Shown here: positions 28,911 through 45,100 of the stretch, piece by piece | How positions within the stretch are numbered: the stretch's first letter is position 1 | Layout: every line of letters starts with the position of its first letter | From: the human T2T-CHM13v2.0 reference genome, Homo sapiens | Assembly (NCBI RefSeq): GCF_009914755.1 | Contig: NC_060932.1 | Strand: one strand, 5' to 3' | DNA length: 64,000 nt | Program-made: the position numbers and the translations under genes | The notes under the pieces: model-generated | The model's database searches: none | Seen by the model: the letters and a program-made list of their open reading frames with translations, nothing else | Told to the model about the DNA's origin: nothing

Positions 28911-31209
28911 ATCCAGATTCTGGGGAGTGAAATAGTCTCGGGTTTCAGTATGAGCTCTCTTGCTTACTAGCTGTGTGGCCTTGGGTGGGTTATTTAACGG
29001 CTTTGAGCCTGGCTCATAGAAGTCATCAGGATGCTTGTTTTCTTCCCTCTTCATTGCCCAAATAGGAAAGTACCTTTGTCACATCACTCCCTTGCCATGT
29101 CTCCTGTGGGAAGGCGAGGACGGGAGACAGTGGGTTATGCTTAGAGAGGCGGTGGACACAGCTGCCTTATCCTTTCCTGGGAACATTTCCAAGAAGAGAC
29201 TGGACTTTTTTAAAATGTGGGAAGACAGAGGGAAGTTTGACAGATGGAAGGGGAAGAATTGCTGTCTAAAAGGACTCATTGTGGGAAAAATACAAAATAG
29301 GAATTTGAAAAGCAGATGGTGGAGATCCCCCAAATGTTAGCTTCCCCAGGAGGGAGGGAGGCAGGGAGGGGGCCAGGGTTGAAAGAGGGAGATGTTGTCC
29401 TTGATATGCAGACTGACAGATAACCAGCTAAGCCTGTGTCCTGTCTGGGGCATCTCTAGAGGCCCAGCCTACTGGGGTACAATGCCATACAAGTTAGGTG
29501 AGCATGCAAATGTCAGGATATGGCTGTGGCCACATCCACGTCTCTTCACTGCTGTTTCGGTCTCCTCATCTACAATATGGGGATAAGAAACCTGGCAGGA
29601 AAAGGCTGCCATAAAGAGCTCAAGAAATGGCAGGAAGAGAACTGGGGAACAGCTAAGGGTGGGGTGTGAAGAAGGACAGAGCAGATCCCAATCCCGACTG
29701 TCACACAGAGCCAGGAGGAGAAGCACGGAAGCAGTCCTCCGAATGCCGCACGACCTGAGTGACAGCTCTCCACTGGGGCAGATTTGGGAGGAAAGCAGGT
29801 GGTGGGAGAGTGAGGAGGGCAAGTGGCCTGCCTTCGGGAAGCTTGGAGAAGATGAGACAAGGAGAGGAGGGACAGCTTCAGGAGAGGATGCAGGGTCCAG
29901 GGACCATGCTGTGTAAATGGGAGAACCTTGACCCTGGCTACCCGCTGATGGGAACAAGCCAGGAAGAAGGAGCTGGGGAGGAAAGAGTCAGGAAGCTGGG
30001 ATCTGGGGAGCTGCACACAGCTGACTCTTTCCACTTCTGTCCTGCCTCATGCTTAGGTCCCTCATCATCAAGTGTGTTTCCGACACATGACTTAGCGGTG
30101 GGGCTGAGCTGACGCTCTCGGTCAGAGAGAGGGTGAGGCAGGGCTGGGCCTGCACCTCCCATTCTGCAAAACACATTCCTGCAGTTGAGCCCAGCTCTGG
30201 CTCAGGGGCAGTTGGTGACCATCTCTAGGCACTCCTGTGGCTTTCTGGAGCATGCCTTCCCCCAGGTGCTGTGTTCAGCCTACAGGGAGCTCTGGACATT
30301 GTTTCCTCCTTCAGGTTCCCTTACTGGAGATGTGTCGGGGCTCCCATATGCTGGCCCCCTGATGCAGCTCCACCCTGGCCCATCCCGGTCACAGCCTCCC
30401 TTCCTGGCCTGACCCCTTCCGTGGCACCTCCTTGCTCTCCTGCCTCACCTGCTCCCTCCAGGTTCTAGGATCTCATCCTTTGCAAGACGCCCTGTCACTG
30501 TGCTTCTCATTCAGTAGGGCACCCATATCCACACGTGTTGCTTTGTTCCCCAACTGGCTATGACCCCTGGGAATTGAAAACACAAAACAGGACGTTCCCT
30601 GATGACTGCCTTTCTGGCTCTGTGTCATCGGTCATAAGATGTGGCCGTTCCATTTCTGGAACCTGAGACCCCAGGGCTGGTGATCAGAGCCCAAAGGCCC
30701 TTTCTCCAAGCCTTTCTCTGGGGAGTTGCCCTTCCCCAGCCCCCCAGCCTCAGGAACTCTGGCCCAGAGACTTCCCAGCCAGTGGCACTGCACTAAGGTC
30801 AGCGCAGTGGGCATGCTGCCAGCGCTGCCTCCTGGTCTGCACCAGGGAAAGGGAGCTGTGAAGGTCACTGCTCAGAGCTCGTCACAGCCAAACGTGAAGC
30901 GTGTAACAATTTCTAGTCTGATCTTCGGAATGCAGTCAGTGATGGAGCTGGAAGTGGAAGGGAACCGTGGAGGCTGCCAGGCCTGTCCAGGAATTTCACT
31001 GGGGGCTTCCACGGCCGGTTCCTGTGTGCTTGGGTGTTACCTAGGAGAACGCATTGACTTTTGAGTTGACTTCAGACAAGACGGAAATTCTCCAAGTGAG
31101 CCACTGCAGAGAAGGAAGAACCTGTACTCACTCCTTCTGTAACAGAACACACAGCAAGCTTTGAAGATGAATCACTCGGCGGTGGCTGTGCACAGTTCTG
31201 TCCGCACGG

Positions 31210-31540
31210 TGTACGTCTGCTCAGGCTGCGGTCACAGAGCACTGCAGATCAAGGTGCTACTGGTCTGAGAAGTCTCTCCTGAGGCCTCCCTCCTTGGATT
31301 GTAGACGCCTGTCTTCTTGCTGTGTCCTCATGTGGTCATCCCCCTGTGTGTGTACCTGTGTCCTAATTTCCACTCCTTAGAAGGACCCAGTCACACAGGG
31401 TTAGGGCCCACCCTAACGGCCTCGTTTTACCTTAATCACCTCTTTAAAGGCCCTATCTCTAAACACAGCCACATTCTGAGGTCCTAGGGGTTAGAGCTTC
31501 AGCATATGGATTTTGTGGGGGGGACACAACTTAGCACCTA
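31210..31540 (-). mobile_element. MaLR solo LTR (MLT1B/C-type), internally deleted
   Basis: gatcaaggtg...tctcctgaggcctc...ttagggcccaccctaacggcctcgttttaccttaatcacctctttaaaggccctatctctaaacacagccacattctgagg...gggggacacaa. Confidence 0.85.
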
Positions 31541-33557
31541 CCTCCCCAGGCCCTTCTCAATAAGAAAATGCATGTAGATGCTCAGTGAATCCTGCCAAGT
31601 TCTCCGGGACAACCAGGTGCACAGTTGGGGAGGGTTCAGAGCAAGAAGTGCATCTTCTGTCCTGGCTTCCCATCTCCTGCCCCTGTTGAGTCCCCAGAAT
31701 TCACAGGCTGTCCTCAAGGCATCCTTCGCTGATGGCCCTCTGAGGAAGAATTGCAGCGACAGTCCTGTGGGGGCTGCAGGACTTGTTCAGGGAAAAGATG
31801 CAGAAGTGGCTGAGCCATGAACATTTGGTCCCTTGGCCAAACATAACGACGTAGACAATGTCACAGACAGGTGCAGATGAGTTCCTGGGGGGCAGGCTGA
31901 AGACATGTTCATCGATGCACTCCATCACAGGTTTTTGAGTCCCACCAGGGCAAGGGCTACCCTCTGTTGAGCATCCAGTAGAAACCTGTTCCCAAACGGG
32001 GTCCTGAAGTGAGCCTGGCTTTCCTGGTCTCTTCTCAGGGATTGACTCAGCCCACTAGCTGTACCAACTCCGGTCCCAAAAAATGTGCCCAGAGCCTTGG
32101 ATAGAATGGGGAATACTTTGGTGATGAGGTAGATTAGAAAGTGATGGGGGTAAGAGTTTTGACCTCCCCCAGGCAAGTCCCCTCCTTGCAGGATCATTCT
32201 CGCCCCTGTTGCTGGCAGAGAGAGAGGGGCAGGCACATCAGGGGCACGAGGCCTGTACACCCACTCCCCATTGCTCTGTGTGGTCAGAGGTGTTCTTCTT
32301 GGTCTTGGGCAGTTGGTGGAAGTTCACCTTCTCCTTTCACTATTTGGAGCATTTCACAGTGTCAAGGATATGGCCTGGCGTTCGAACCCTGAAGAGCCAA
32401 TGGCTGGGCACCAGAACAGGCTCCCACGATTGGAGAAGGCTGATGACCTTTAGTACAAAGGATCTTGAGAAAGGTGTTGCCTGCTGGATATCTGGAAAGC
32501 TGAACTGACAGAGGGACCAGACGGAGAAAGGATGGAGAGTGGGAGCAGCGCGACATGGCAGGAAGCATGCCATCCTCATAGAGATGGCCGGTGGTTCTCA
32601 GGACAGTCTTGAGCAAGCCACCCAAGCCCCTGCACCTCTGCTTCCTGTGGAATGGGTGGGTTGAAGTGGATGGTCTGGGAAGCTCCCCTAGATAGAAGGT
32701 TTGGCCATTCATAAGTTGACCAAGTCAGGAACAGATGAAGCAGAGACTTAAAACTGGGCTGGCCATTAGCTCGCCAGCAGACTCCCCAGTCAGATGCCTG
32801 GAATCACAGTCTTCCATGGGACCATTTCCCAAGCCCTCCTTGTAAGTTAGCAGTGATGTCTTGCAACACTGAGGAATGTCTGTGCAGTACCCTTGGGCGA
32901 AATTCTAGAAGCCGCAACTGCAGTGCCTGGTCGGCTGAAACAAGAGTAGTTTCAGCACCACTGCCATGAAGGGAGTTGCAGGAACAGAACACCCGCCTTC
33001 AAAACCACAGCGACACACCTGGAAATGGGGTAGGTAACTCTGAAGGCAGAAGAATGGAGAAGAATTCTATTTGGCTTTGCAACTGGTGGCTGATGAGCAT
33101 TTGAATTCCCATTTATTCATTATTGGTGTGAACGGGGCCAATGTCACAGCACAGAGAACAACAAAATCAGAACAGCGAAGTCTGAGGGTGATCCTAACTC
33201 TGCACCCCAAGTCTGCTCAAAGCATGCTTAGAACTGGACTGGATCTGACCAGGCCCCAGCAGAAGCTAAGCTGCTCCTTCTTGCTTTATGAGCTCAGCAC
33301 TCACGCTTTTCTGAGTAGAAGGTAATAGAGTTTGCTTTATTAGAAGGAACACAACAATCAAGCCTTCTTCCCACCCAGCTCCCATAGAACTCCCATCTGA
33401 TTACTATGGGTCGGTAGGACCTACCAGATGTTCATGATTAACATCAAGCAGTGAATTCAGCTGGAGAGCAAGGATGTCATGAGGATGTTTAATGGAATTT
33501 TTTGAGGGTGCTTCAGTGCTGGGAATAGCCTGGTCCAGACTATGAAGATGTGATTTC

Positions 33558-34178
<621 letters not shown>

Positions 34179-35923
34179 GGTAATTGCACATCCTCTGCCC
34201 TCCAGAAATCTGCAACCTACATCACATTACTCCTAAGGGGAGTTCTCCCTGCTGCACCCTAACAGACAATGTGAGCACTAAAAGGTTCCCTGACCAACCA
34301 TGTGCAGCCACTGCAGACACACATGAGATGTCCTGTGTGTACCACAAGTGAGGCAGGACATGTGTCATGTTCAGAACTTTCTAGAAAAGAAAAGGAAAAT
34401 TGCCATGAATGCTCTTTGGATGTTTTCCAGATAGATTTCCATGGAGAACTTGGGATCGTGTTGCCCCTGTTTGTTTCAAATCTCCATGGTTGTTATTACT
34501 ATGAAAGAGTCACACATGCCCATTGTAACAGTTAACAGGTTTTTTTATTGCACCATACTGTTCTGCAAGCTAGGACTCTGAGCTTCATGTGACATGATGG
34601 AAGGAGGGGACCTTTGTGAGACGGGTGACGCAGAGCCAGTGCTGGGAGAGTGTCACGTGGCAGAGAACTCGGATTCTTCATCGGGCTTCGGAGAGTTGTG
34701 GGGAGTTGGGCAGGTCCCGGGGAGAGACGAGCAGAAGCCTGGTGGTCTGGGGAAGTTTAACCAGTGTCTTGATGAATGGGGCTTCTGTATCTGATCTTTG
34801 AGCTTAAGGGAGAAAATCACTGGGTAACCTTGATTTCAACCTGGAAGAATGTCGTGGGGGGAATTGTGCTCCGTGGGAGGGTAAAGCTTTCCTAAGGAGG
34901 TCGTTGCCAGTGGGACAGCATTCGGCCTCCTGTTGCATTTACTTACATTTAGTTGTGAAATTTTGGGAGAAAAGACCAGCAAAAGAGGCCCCAGATGGAC
35001 TGTGGAACTGATGCACGGGGAGTTGGGGGTTGGTGATGGGGGAAATCTTGCTTAAACGGAGATTGTATGACAGCACTCGAATAATGACTGGTTGTTCATG
35101 GGTGGATTTGGGGAGACTTCAGTAACAATGGATTGTGTTTCATTTGGTTTACTTGCAAATATCAAGTAGTCAGAGTTGGATATAAAATTGTTCTATGGCA
35201 ATATGAGTATGACTTGGGATTAGGCACACTCAAACTCTGTGAATATTTGCCCGTTGTGGGAGGAAATGCAGGGAGTAAAGTGCAGAGGCCTTGGAAGCCT
35301 CAGAAAACCAGTAAGGGGAAGAGGCACCCCCAAAGCCCAAGTGATACCATGTTGAACCCAGAGGGCAACCAGAGAAGGACAGAGCTTCAAAAGTCAAGGC
35401 TTAAGAGCACATTGAGCAGCAGTCGGTTGGAAAAAGCAACAGGGATTGTGGAGAGGCCGAAAAGACCAGAGTGGGTGAGAGAGGAAGTCTGTGAAATGGG
35501 CGGGATATCCCAGTGTCCTGGATCTTGTTGGCCTTGGGTGGCAGGTCAGGGAGAAGCTAACTGGAAGAAGGTTCAGGAAAGGGCCTTTTGGGACTTTGAG
35601 TGAGGTGAGGAAAAGGCAGAAGCATGATTCCAGCACCTCAGAGGAGAACAGTGTGGAATTCAGGGCGGTGGGTAAACCCTTGGTCTTCACAATTGGCGAT
35701 TCCTCCTGTGGGCTTCTCTGAGAGCACAGGCTGCTGGTGACAGCGACGCCAATGCCAGCCGCACATCTGTGTGCCACAAGAATCGCATGATTCCTTAAGG
35801 CGGAACCCACAAAGGGCTGCCCATGGCAGACGTGGCCCCACCTCTCAGCCCCCTAGCAAAACACACTGGCTCAGTATCACCCTTGAGCTACTGAGCTCCC
35901 AAAATGGCAAATGGGGTTGTTGA

Positions 35924-37084
<1,161 letters not shown>

Positions 37085-39150
37085 GAGCATCTTGACCAAG
37101 TTGAGAAGGGGACCTTAAGTTTGGTTTGCGGCAAACAGCACTTGCAAGAAATATAACCCTCCCTTCCCCCAATACACAGAACCACCGCCACCACCACCAA
37201 CACCGCCACACCAACACCACCACTACAAAAAAAAAAGAATTAATAAGTCACAACCCCTTCAAATAAGCTTTCTTTCCAGTCGCTGTATGTATACAAAGAT
37301 ATTCTCTATGTTTTGTAAGTAAAAACAAAAAGAAAACCTTTCTTTTGTTTTTTACACATAAGAAACAGTATTGAAAAATCCCACGCTATGGTTCATAGGG
37401 TGGAGAAGGAGGAGTTATCTCCACTCCAAAAGAAAAAAAAAAAGTTTTTTACCTTACACCAAGTGTAGATCATTTATGGGATTGGTGCTGATTGAAAGAA
37501 CAAAACAAAACAAAACAAACACAAACAAACAAAAAACCTTCAACTGCCTTATGCCCTTAGGTGCTGAGTTTCATTAAGTACTGTCACGTTTTCTCATGCA
37601 AAACTCTCTGGTGATTTTTGCACCAGAAGAGGGAAAATTAAACAATTAAATGAAACAAATCTAAAAGTGAAACAAAAACCAACCAACAAATACAACACAA
37701 AGCAATTATTCTTCCTATCTGATTATTTGTATTGAAGAAAACAAATTTACCAAAAGCAAAAGCATAAACCCCTCCCTCTTTTCAGTTTCTCCCCCTCCTC
37801 TCCTGACCTTCTCCCCACTTTGCAGAGCCTTCTAGGAGCTCAAGGGCTGTTTGAAACTCAAATGGCTGGAGAAGCTACTTGAAGGCTGATTATGTGCCAT
37901 TTTAGCATTTGCCTAGCAAGAATCACATTCGTTTCCCAGTGAAAAGCAAACCAGAACAAAACAAAAAGCCACCGCAATAATTCGGTAAGGACAGGATATT
38001 CTAAAGCAAATTAAAGGAGATTTCTGTACACATAATCAGTAATAATAAAACTCAGCATAGTAGCAAAAAGAACGACATCAGTTTAAAGGCACAATACTTA
38101 ATCAGTGACTGGCAACAACGATTAGTTCCATCATTTTAAGGCTGTGAATGGTAGACATTTATCACATGTGATATTGTGTAAAGCCTCTTCTGTTTCCATT
38201 TGGTGGGAAGCCTTAAATTGATCTGGAAAGAATTCTTCATTTTTCATTTGTGCTTTTTTTAAAAAAAAATAACACAAAGAGGAAAACTAGAATATATATA
38301 TATATATACATATATATAAAAAGTCAAAATTGTAATAACTGACCCATTTCAAAGACTGTTTGGTGCTTCTGTCTTTCACCATTGTGGTTGGCTGAAAATC
38401 ATTCAGCTCACCTGGTGCATCTGGGTTGAATGGGAAATTTTGTGTGTGTAGTATGTGTGTGTTTGTGTGTGTATGTGTGTGTGTGCCCATAGCACACGTA
38501 TATATGTGTGTGTCCCTGCTGCAAAGTCTTGCCAGAGATATACAAAACTGATGTAAGACGAACTTGGATCACGGCTTGGTTCAGCAGAGCATGGGGGCGG
38601 GGGCTCTGGAGTGGTGGGGAAGTGATGCTGCCTGCCCACGAGCCCTGGTTTGGGTGGCAAGACTCACACCAGCAGCGGACTGCAGGCCTTAGAGGCCATG
38701 CCATTTGGGTGAGGATTTGATTCCACTGTTTATTTTCTCATTGTATCAAGTTGAATTTCTGCAGGTGTTGCAAGTATGTTCAACGATTTAAATTTTTTTT
38801 TATTTTTCAAAGTATTGTTCCTTTAAAGAATATTTCTGTTCTAGGGCATCGTTTCAATCGCATCGTATCTCTACTTGGGCACAAAAAAAAAGGAAAAGAA
38901 AAAAAATCACAAAAAAGATATATAATAAGTATATATATATATATATATATAAACACACACAATATTTTTAAGTAAATACTGTTAGTCTTTGCTGTGTGTA
39001 GCTGCGATTTTTTTTCCCAAATATATACCTGTTTAGGGTGCAAGACCTCACGTTGAACTATTCTCAACAGAAGTTCAATAACTGAGGGTTTTTTAAATGT
39101 TTGTGGAGTTTTGTTTTTTTTTAAATAAAAAACAATTATTATTCAGCGAG
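37085..39150 (+). other. XKR6: XKR6 proximal 3' UTR (end approximate)
   Basis: Follows the stop codon; AU-rich, no recognisable transposons, with ACC-, CAAA-, TA- and TG-rich tracts; AATAAA at 38044 and 39124. Confidence 0.7.
39124..39129 (+). terminator. Candidate proximal poly(A) signal AATAAA
   Basis: Canonical hexamer with a U-rich upstream tract and U/GU-rich sequence at ~39170-39200. Confidence 0.55.
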
Positions 39151-42100
39151 GCTTCTCCTTCCCACCACCTTCATTGTTTATCTAAAACCTTTTTTGTTTT
39201 AAGAACAAGTTTCAAATATCAGTTGTGAAACTGTATGCTCTCTTCTTTGTCTGGACTTCCTAGACTTCATGCGTCCTTACTAAGCATCGTGGTGCTGTCC
39301 TCTCCCCGTCCCTGACTCGGGGGTCCCCTCGGGCCTCACTGGTGGGCAGGTGGAGGAGGAGCCCCCAACTCTAGGAAGCAGGACGAACAGAGCACACGCA
39401 GGCAGCAGTGAAAACCAGCCAGGAGGGCTCGGCGCGCCCATTAAAGGGACCCGCCCGTGGGCCCCTGGAGAGTCACCTGGGAGTTGGAATCTAGTCAGAG
39501 GCACTTTTCTGAACCGCACCAGCGTGCTGCCTTGCAAGGGCTTCACGCCTGAGCTGCACAGTGTACTCTGCTAGGCTGGGAAGGTGAGGCCATTGGAGGG
39601 TGGGGCATCCGCTTTAGCTGGGGGGGTCCCACCTCTTGTCTGCTTCAGGTCTGGGGCTCTGTGCACCTGGAACTGGCCCATGTCTGTCCTTTGCGCATCT
39701 TCCTTGAAATGCCCTCATGCATCCCCTCGGGACTTCTGCCACTTTTGCTTGTGTGTCTGTTCTTGGATTTCTTTCTTTCTTCTTTCTTTTTGTTTCAGCG
39801 CAGTCACGGGTTTTAATTCACCACCTCTATTTCACTCTTGCACACTTAGTGTGTGTGTGTCCGTGTGTGTGCATCCTGCCACGTTTACATGCAACTTACA
39901 AAGAGAACGGTGGATGCTGAGCTGACCGGGAGCACCAGGAGTTGGGATGGCAACTTCCAAATCAGGGAGGGCCTCCAGGGTCTTAGCCACTAGGAACAAA
40001 TGAGGAGCTCACGGGACATTTCAGCAATCTTTAATTTCACACTTCTCACTTGAAAAGGCACCCTCGCCCCCCTCTGGAACCCCTCCATCATGCCAGTACT
40101 TTCTTCACAAAGAAAATGAAAATATGCATCTGTGAGCAGCAGCAGGGAAAGCTGGTTTTGCAGAGATGCAGGAAAAGGAAGAAAAGCAAGGAAAGAAGTA
40201 GAGAGCAAGGCAGGGAAGGGGCAGGGGAGACCTGATGGCAAGGACCAGGCCAGAGCTGTCCTCAGTGTCCTCTTGTCATCAGCCTCTAGCAGCTCCCCAC
40301 ACTCCCAGCCACCGTAAAACTCTCTGGCCTCATCTCCCCTGGGGTCTTCTCTTCCCCCCAGGCCCTTCCCCTTCCAGTGACTGGTCCTGGGCATCCAGGC
40401 AGGATTCCATACACACTCAGTGCTGAGACCACCTGGGGAATGTGTCTCCAGACCCAGATGACTTTGGTCCTGAAAGCCCGGATCCTTAAGGCCGCCCCGT
40501 GACAGGGTCACTCTTTGTCCCACATTGGACATTAAATGCCCAATGTCCCATATTTTTCATTTGCCTCAGTCCTTGACAACCCTCTAGGGCTGCTGCTTCA
40601 GTTGCTTCCCAGAGGAATGCCTGTGATGTTTTTAGGTTTTTTAAAAATTTTAAATCTCTGGGCCCATTTCTTTCCCAGGACCCCCTGATGAAAAATAATC
40701 CATTTCCAGTATTTAGGCCTGGTAAGCACGTTGGTGCCCAGAGATGGAGAATACAAAAACTATCTCCTTTTCATTCCCTAATGACCCCCCCATCAAGTAT
40801 GCCCACTAAGACCCGTATTTTATTCCTCTAACCACATAGAACATTTGGCTTTTACTTTTTCTTCCCAGAAATTTGGTAGTATCGCTAAACTATAACTAAT
40901 GGTGTTAGAGTCGTTTCTGCAAACTCTGCTTCTCCCTTGCTCAGCAGGTCTGCCTCTTCTCCCAGCCTCTGTGTAAAAGGAAACTTCAGTCCCCTCAGAT
41001 GACATTAGGATAATGTGCCCTGAGTTCACTGCCTGAAGCCTGTGACATCCGGAATGGGAGCTCCCTGTCTCTTAAGGCCATGATGAGGGGTGCTAGGGAG
41101 GCTTCAGTCCATCAGATCAACCCCCTCTGGCCTCACTCACCCTAAAGCTTCCCGTGTCTCTAACACTCTCCTGCACTCTGCCTCTGGAAGGTGTCACCTG
41201 GTTCTGCAGGGTCGGGCTTGTCCCAGCAACATGGGTACCAGGATACTGGTAGGACACTCACCCAAGCAGATCTGCGGCCAGAACGAAAGAGGCGCCATCT
41301 CCCTTGCCCAGACATGCCGCCGTCACAACACAGCCTTGGGCAGGGAAGACGACATTTCCCCATGGCCTGGGGATCCCCCACACCACACCTCCCCAGGCAC
41401 AGAATCATTCAAGACCCGATGGTTCTCATGGCTCTAACCCAGTCCCTCCCCAGCCGTGGCCCCTCTGAGTCCCATGATCCTGTCTGGCCCGTGGTCATGA
41501 AGGTGATTCCCCTGGCTCGGGGGCATCTCATGCCACAGATGTCTGACCCTGTCCAGATATGAGCCTGATTCTCAGAAAGAATTTACAGGTTTTAGAAAAG
41601 CACCAAATTACATCATTTTCTCCATTCTTCTTCCAGTTTTATTCCCTCCCACTGCACAGTCATAGGGGCAGAAAAGAAGGTCTCTGATGTGGATCTGGTT
41701 TGAAGCTGCACTGGGTGGGCCACAGCCTTGCTTCTTCTTGCACATCTAAACCCCTTCGCAGTCTCCGCAAGCTAGATAGAGGAAACACCACCTTCCTTCT
41801 CCCATCTGGTCTGCTCCTTGCTCATGGGAGGGCTAGAACCAACCCCAAGCTTTGATGCCCCCAGACCTTAGCACAGGGTCCTCTCTCCATGATCCAGGGA
41901 CAGAGCAAGAAGAGCAAGACAGTGTGCAGGCTCAGAGCCTTTGGCTTGGAGCAAAGGATATCAGCTCCCAGAAGAGAATGAGGCAGGCCATATTCTCATG
42001 CTCCTGGCTCGCTCGGATGAGCTGGGTTGGGGATGTCACCTAGCATTCGTTTGGCACAGATGGTAGCATTTTCTTTGCCAAGAAAAGTGGCTCCTTACTC

Positions 42101-45100
42101 AAAACGAGCCCTTCCAGGCCTTGTATGTGTGATGACAGCTGCTCTGGATGGTGGCTTCATGATTGAAGGAGGGGAATCTCCTTGTGTACCTTTAATTTGA
42201 TTTTCTTACCAAGAAGATAAAATCTATTTTTTCTTTGCCAAACTGAAAAATATTAACACAATCAGATTTGGTTGGGGAGGTTGAGATTTAAATTTGGATA
42301 CTGTAAAAAGAAGAGAGCTTATTGCAATTAATTTCACCAAAATCCATGTGATACTATCTTTGTTGACTAGGAAACCATCGGGGAAATCTGGAGGAGCTTA
42401 AAGGAGACCTGGGGAAGACCCTGCAGGAGTGAAATGGAAGGACCCAGAGGGGTGGGCTCACCCCAGGGGCTGGACCAGCCTTACAGGGAGCAGTTCTATT
42501 CATTTCTCTCTCAAATATTTATTCGTCACTAGACCCTGTTGGGCAGACCCGCTCATCAAGCACAACACAGTTACCCCTTAGGAAGTGAACATAAATCGAT
42601 GTTGGTTCCTCTTATCAAGATCCGGCTGAGAACGAGATGAGCACAATGGGAAACTCTTTAAACTTCTGTCCCTTTCTCCTCAGCCCAAACTGCCCATTGT
42701 CGTAGAAGCAACATTCCATTCTCACCCACAGTTCAACCTCCAGAACATGGAAATGGCAGGGGCCAGCCAATCACAGGTTACAAACCCATGAGCTTGCAAG
42801 AGGACTTCCCCCGGCATCCTCAATCAATGTGCGTCTGTTCCAATTTCAAAACATGTAAAAAGGCAAAAAGGCAACTCTACCCTCCCAGAGATTTTTTTCT
42901 ATCCCTCTTCACTGGGGAAAAAAAGGATGATGCTTGATCTGAATTCTTGCAGTGGCAACACAAGCCCCTTTCTCACCCATTCTTAGCTATTCTAAACATT
43001 TCACTTCTTGCTGAAACACTGCATCTTGTGCTGATGGCCAAATATCAGAAGACAAAGGTGCTGCCTTGATCCTGCTGCAGACTCCTTCCTTGGCTCACCT
43101 GGTCCTGTCTGCCTTGTTCAGCTCTCCCTGGCACCATCTGCTCCTTACTCCTGTGGCTTTCCTTGCACTGGCTGGCAGGCCATGGCTGATATATCCTGGA
43201 GACAAAGGTCGTGAGTGCTATTAATGACAACTCCCGAGGGCAGCAGACGGACCACTGTGGGAGTTCCCCCTGCTCTTGGCCAACACCTTGTGTCAAGGGC
43301 TAAGAATAGACCACATCGGAAATGAGCAGGCAGGACCTAGGGACACCTGCCCCAGGCTGGCCCATCACATGCAGCACAGTGCGCAGGTCCCAGGAGGAGA
43401 TGCTGCCCTTGTGAATCCCTAACACAAATCCTAGGACCCCAACTACTGCTAAAAATCATTCTCAAACCAATGAGGACAAAGAAATAATTTCCCTTTAGTA
43501 TAGTGCCAATTGGTAACCCAGTGCACATCCCTCTATAAGCACATTTGGCCATCTGTCACGGCGGATACAGACAACCCATCATCTGTTAGATGAGCTCCCC
43601 TGGTCTGTTTGTCCATCTTCAACATAGCTCTGGGATCCTTGGGCTAGAGTGGGCCCGGGAGATTTGTTTTAGCTACAGACTTCCTAGGGGCTTTCCTTTA
43701 GACCCAGAAAGATCAGGAAATGTCACAGGCTGATTCACGGTCCCCACTGTGATCGTGGATAACTCACTTCACCTCTCGGTGCCTTGGTTTCTCCATCTGT
43801 AAAGTGGAGAGAAAGAAGGCCAACCTCTTTCTTCTCTCCTGCTCAGGGATGCTTGGAGGATTCGTCATTGTTGCCTATAGCAAAGCTGTCATATGAGAAA
43901 AAGTGGTGACCTCATTTCTTGGGAAATGGAACCACAGGAGGAGAGAGTGTTTTCCAGGGGCAGTGGCACCTGGAAGCCACAGGATGAACAGGGAGCACAG
44001 CGGGACAGGGAGGAGTCTCACATACCTGTAGTTCTTAGAGACTTCATAGCACTGTGAACCCAGGTCAGTGGTACCCTGGTCAGGTGACCCTTGGTCACCT
44101 ATCTTGAGCTGGCCACTTGTAATTCTAACACCAAATCTCCTGATGTTAATTCTTCCTAAGGTATCAGAGAATATATGGAAGGATGCATTTGAACACTGAT
44201 ATTCATTGCGCTTTGGGCAGACAAGAGGAGTGAATGGAGAGTATTTAGAGACTGTTTTTAAGGTGGTTGCAAGCTCTTCAGGAAATCTCTCTCACCTTTG
44301 TTCTTCCTTACAATCTTTTTCAATCTTGATGCTCACCTCATCAAATGGACTCACCTCTTTCCCTCTCTGCAGAGTACAGAAAAAGAAAAACACCGAATCT
44401 TTTTCTTTTTAAACAATTGTTCCATCTGCCAAAATGTGGGTCCCAATGGTGGGTTTTCTTCCCTCCCTTGTGTGCTTTGAGCGGAACCTGCAGGCAAGGA
44501 TTCAGAGACAAACAGGGCTGGAGAATAGCACTAATTTTTTTTTCTAAAACAAGGTATTTTTTTTCTTATAATTCGAATTGGAAATGTCACATTGAATTTC
44601 TTTTTCTTTCCTTTTTTTTTTCTTTTGACTATGGTTTGACTGTTATCAATTCAAATACCAAGATACACTCTGAGCAAGAACACAGACCTGTCCTGAGAGC
44701 CTCTGCTTTTCTTAGGACCTAACCTGGAGTGAGGGCAGGTGGGAGCCCAGGAGGCACTGGGGTTCCAGGGGGGCCAGCCGTGAGGCTGATTTTCTATCAG
44801 CTCCGAGAACCTTCTTGGAAAGAAAAATTCCAGAAGCTTCAACTGTTCTGCATCAGTCAACCTGGCTCTGGCCTTTTCCTTGGAGTTCAGGTGTATTTTG
44901 ATATAGAAATTCTCACCAAGAAAAAAATGCCCCTCCTGGAACTGTCCCTAAATGAGATGGAGCTCGCATGAGCAGGTCTCGGTGGCTGCTGCCAACGCCT
45001 CCTGCTCATTCCTAGCGGAGCCCTGACCAGAACTCCTTTCCCTCCTGCTCTGACCCTGCTCTCTGAGGTTAATATTATTGTTTTGACAGCACAAGGGACG

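Noticed and set aside
32951-32971. REST/RE1 site (TTCAGCACCAC...), also a partial match at ~55349
   Set aside because: Only half-sites match; the GGACAG half is absent or broken.
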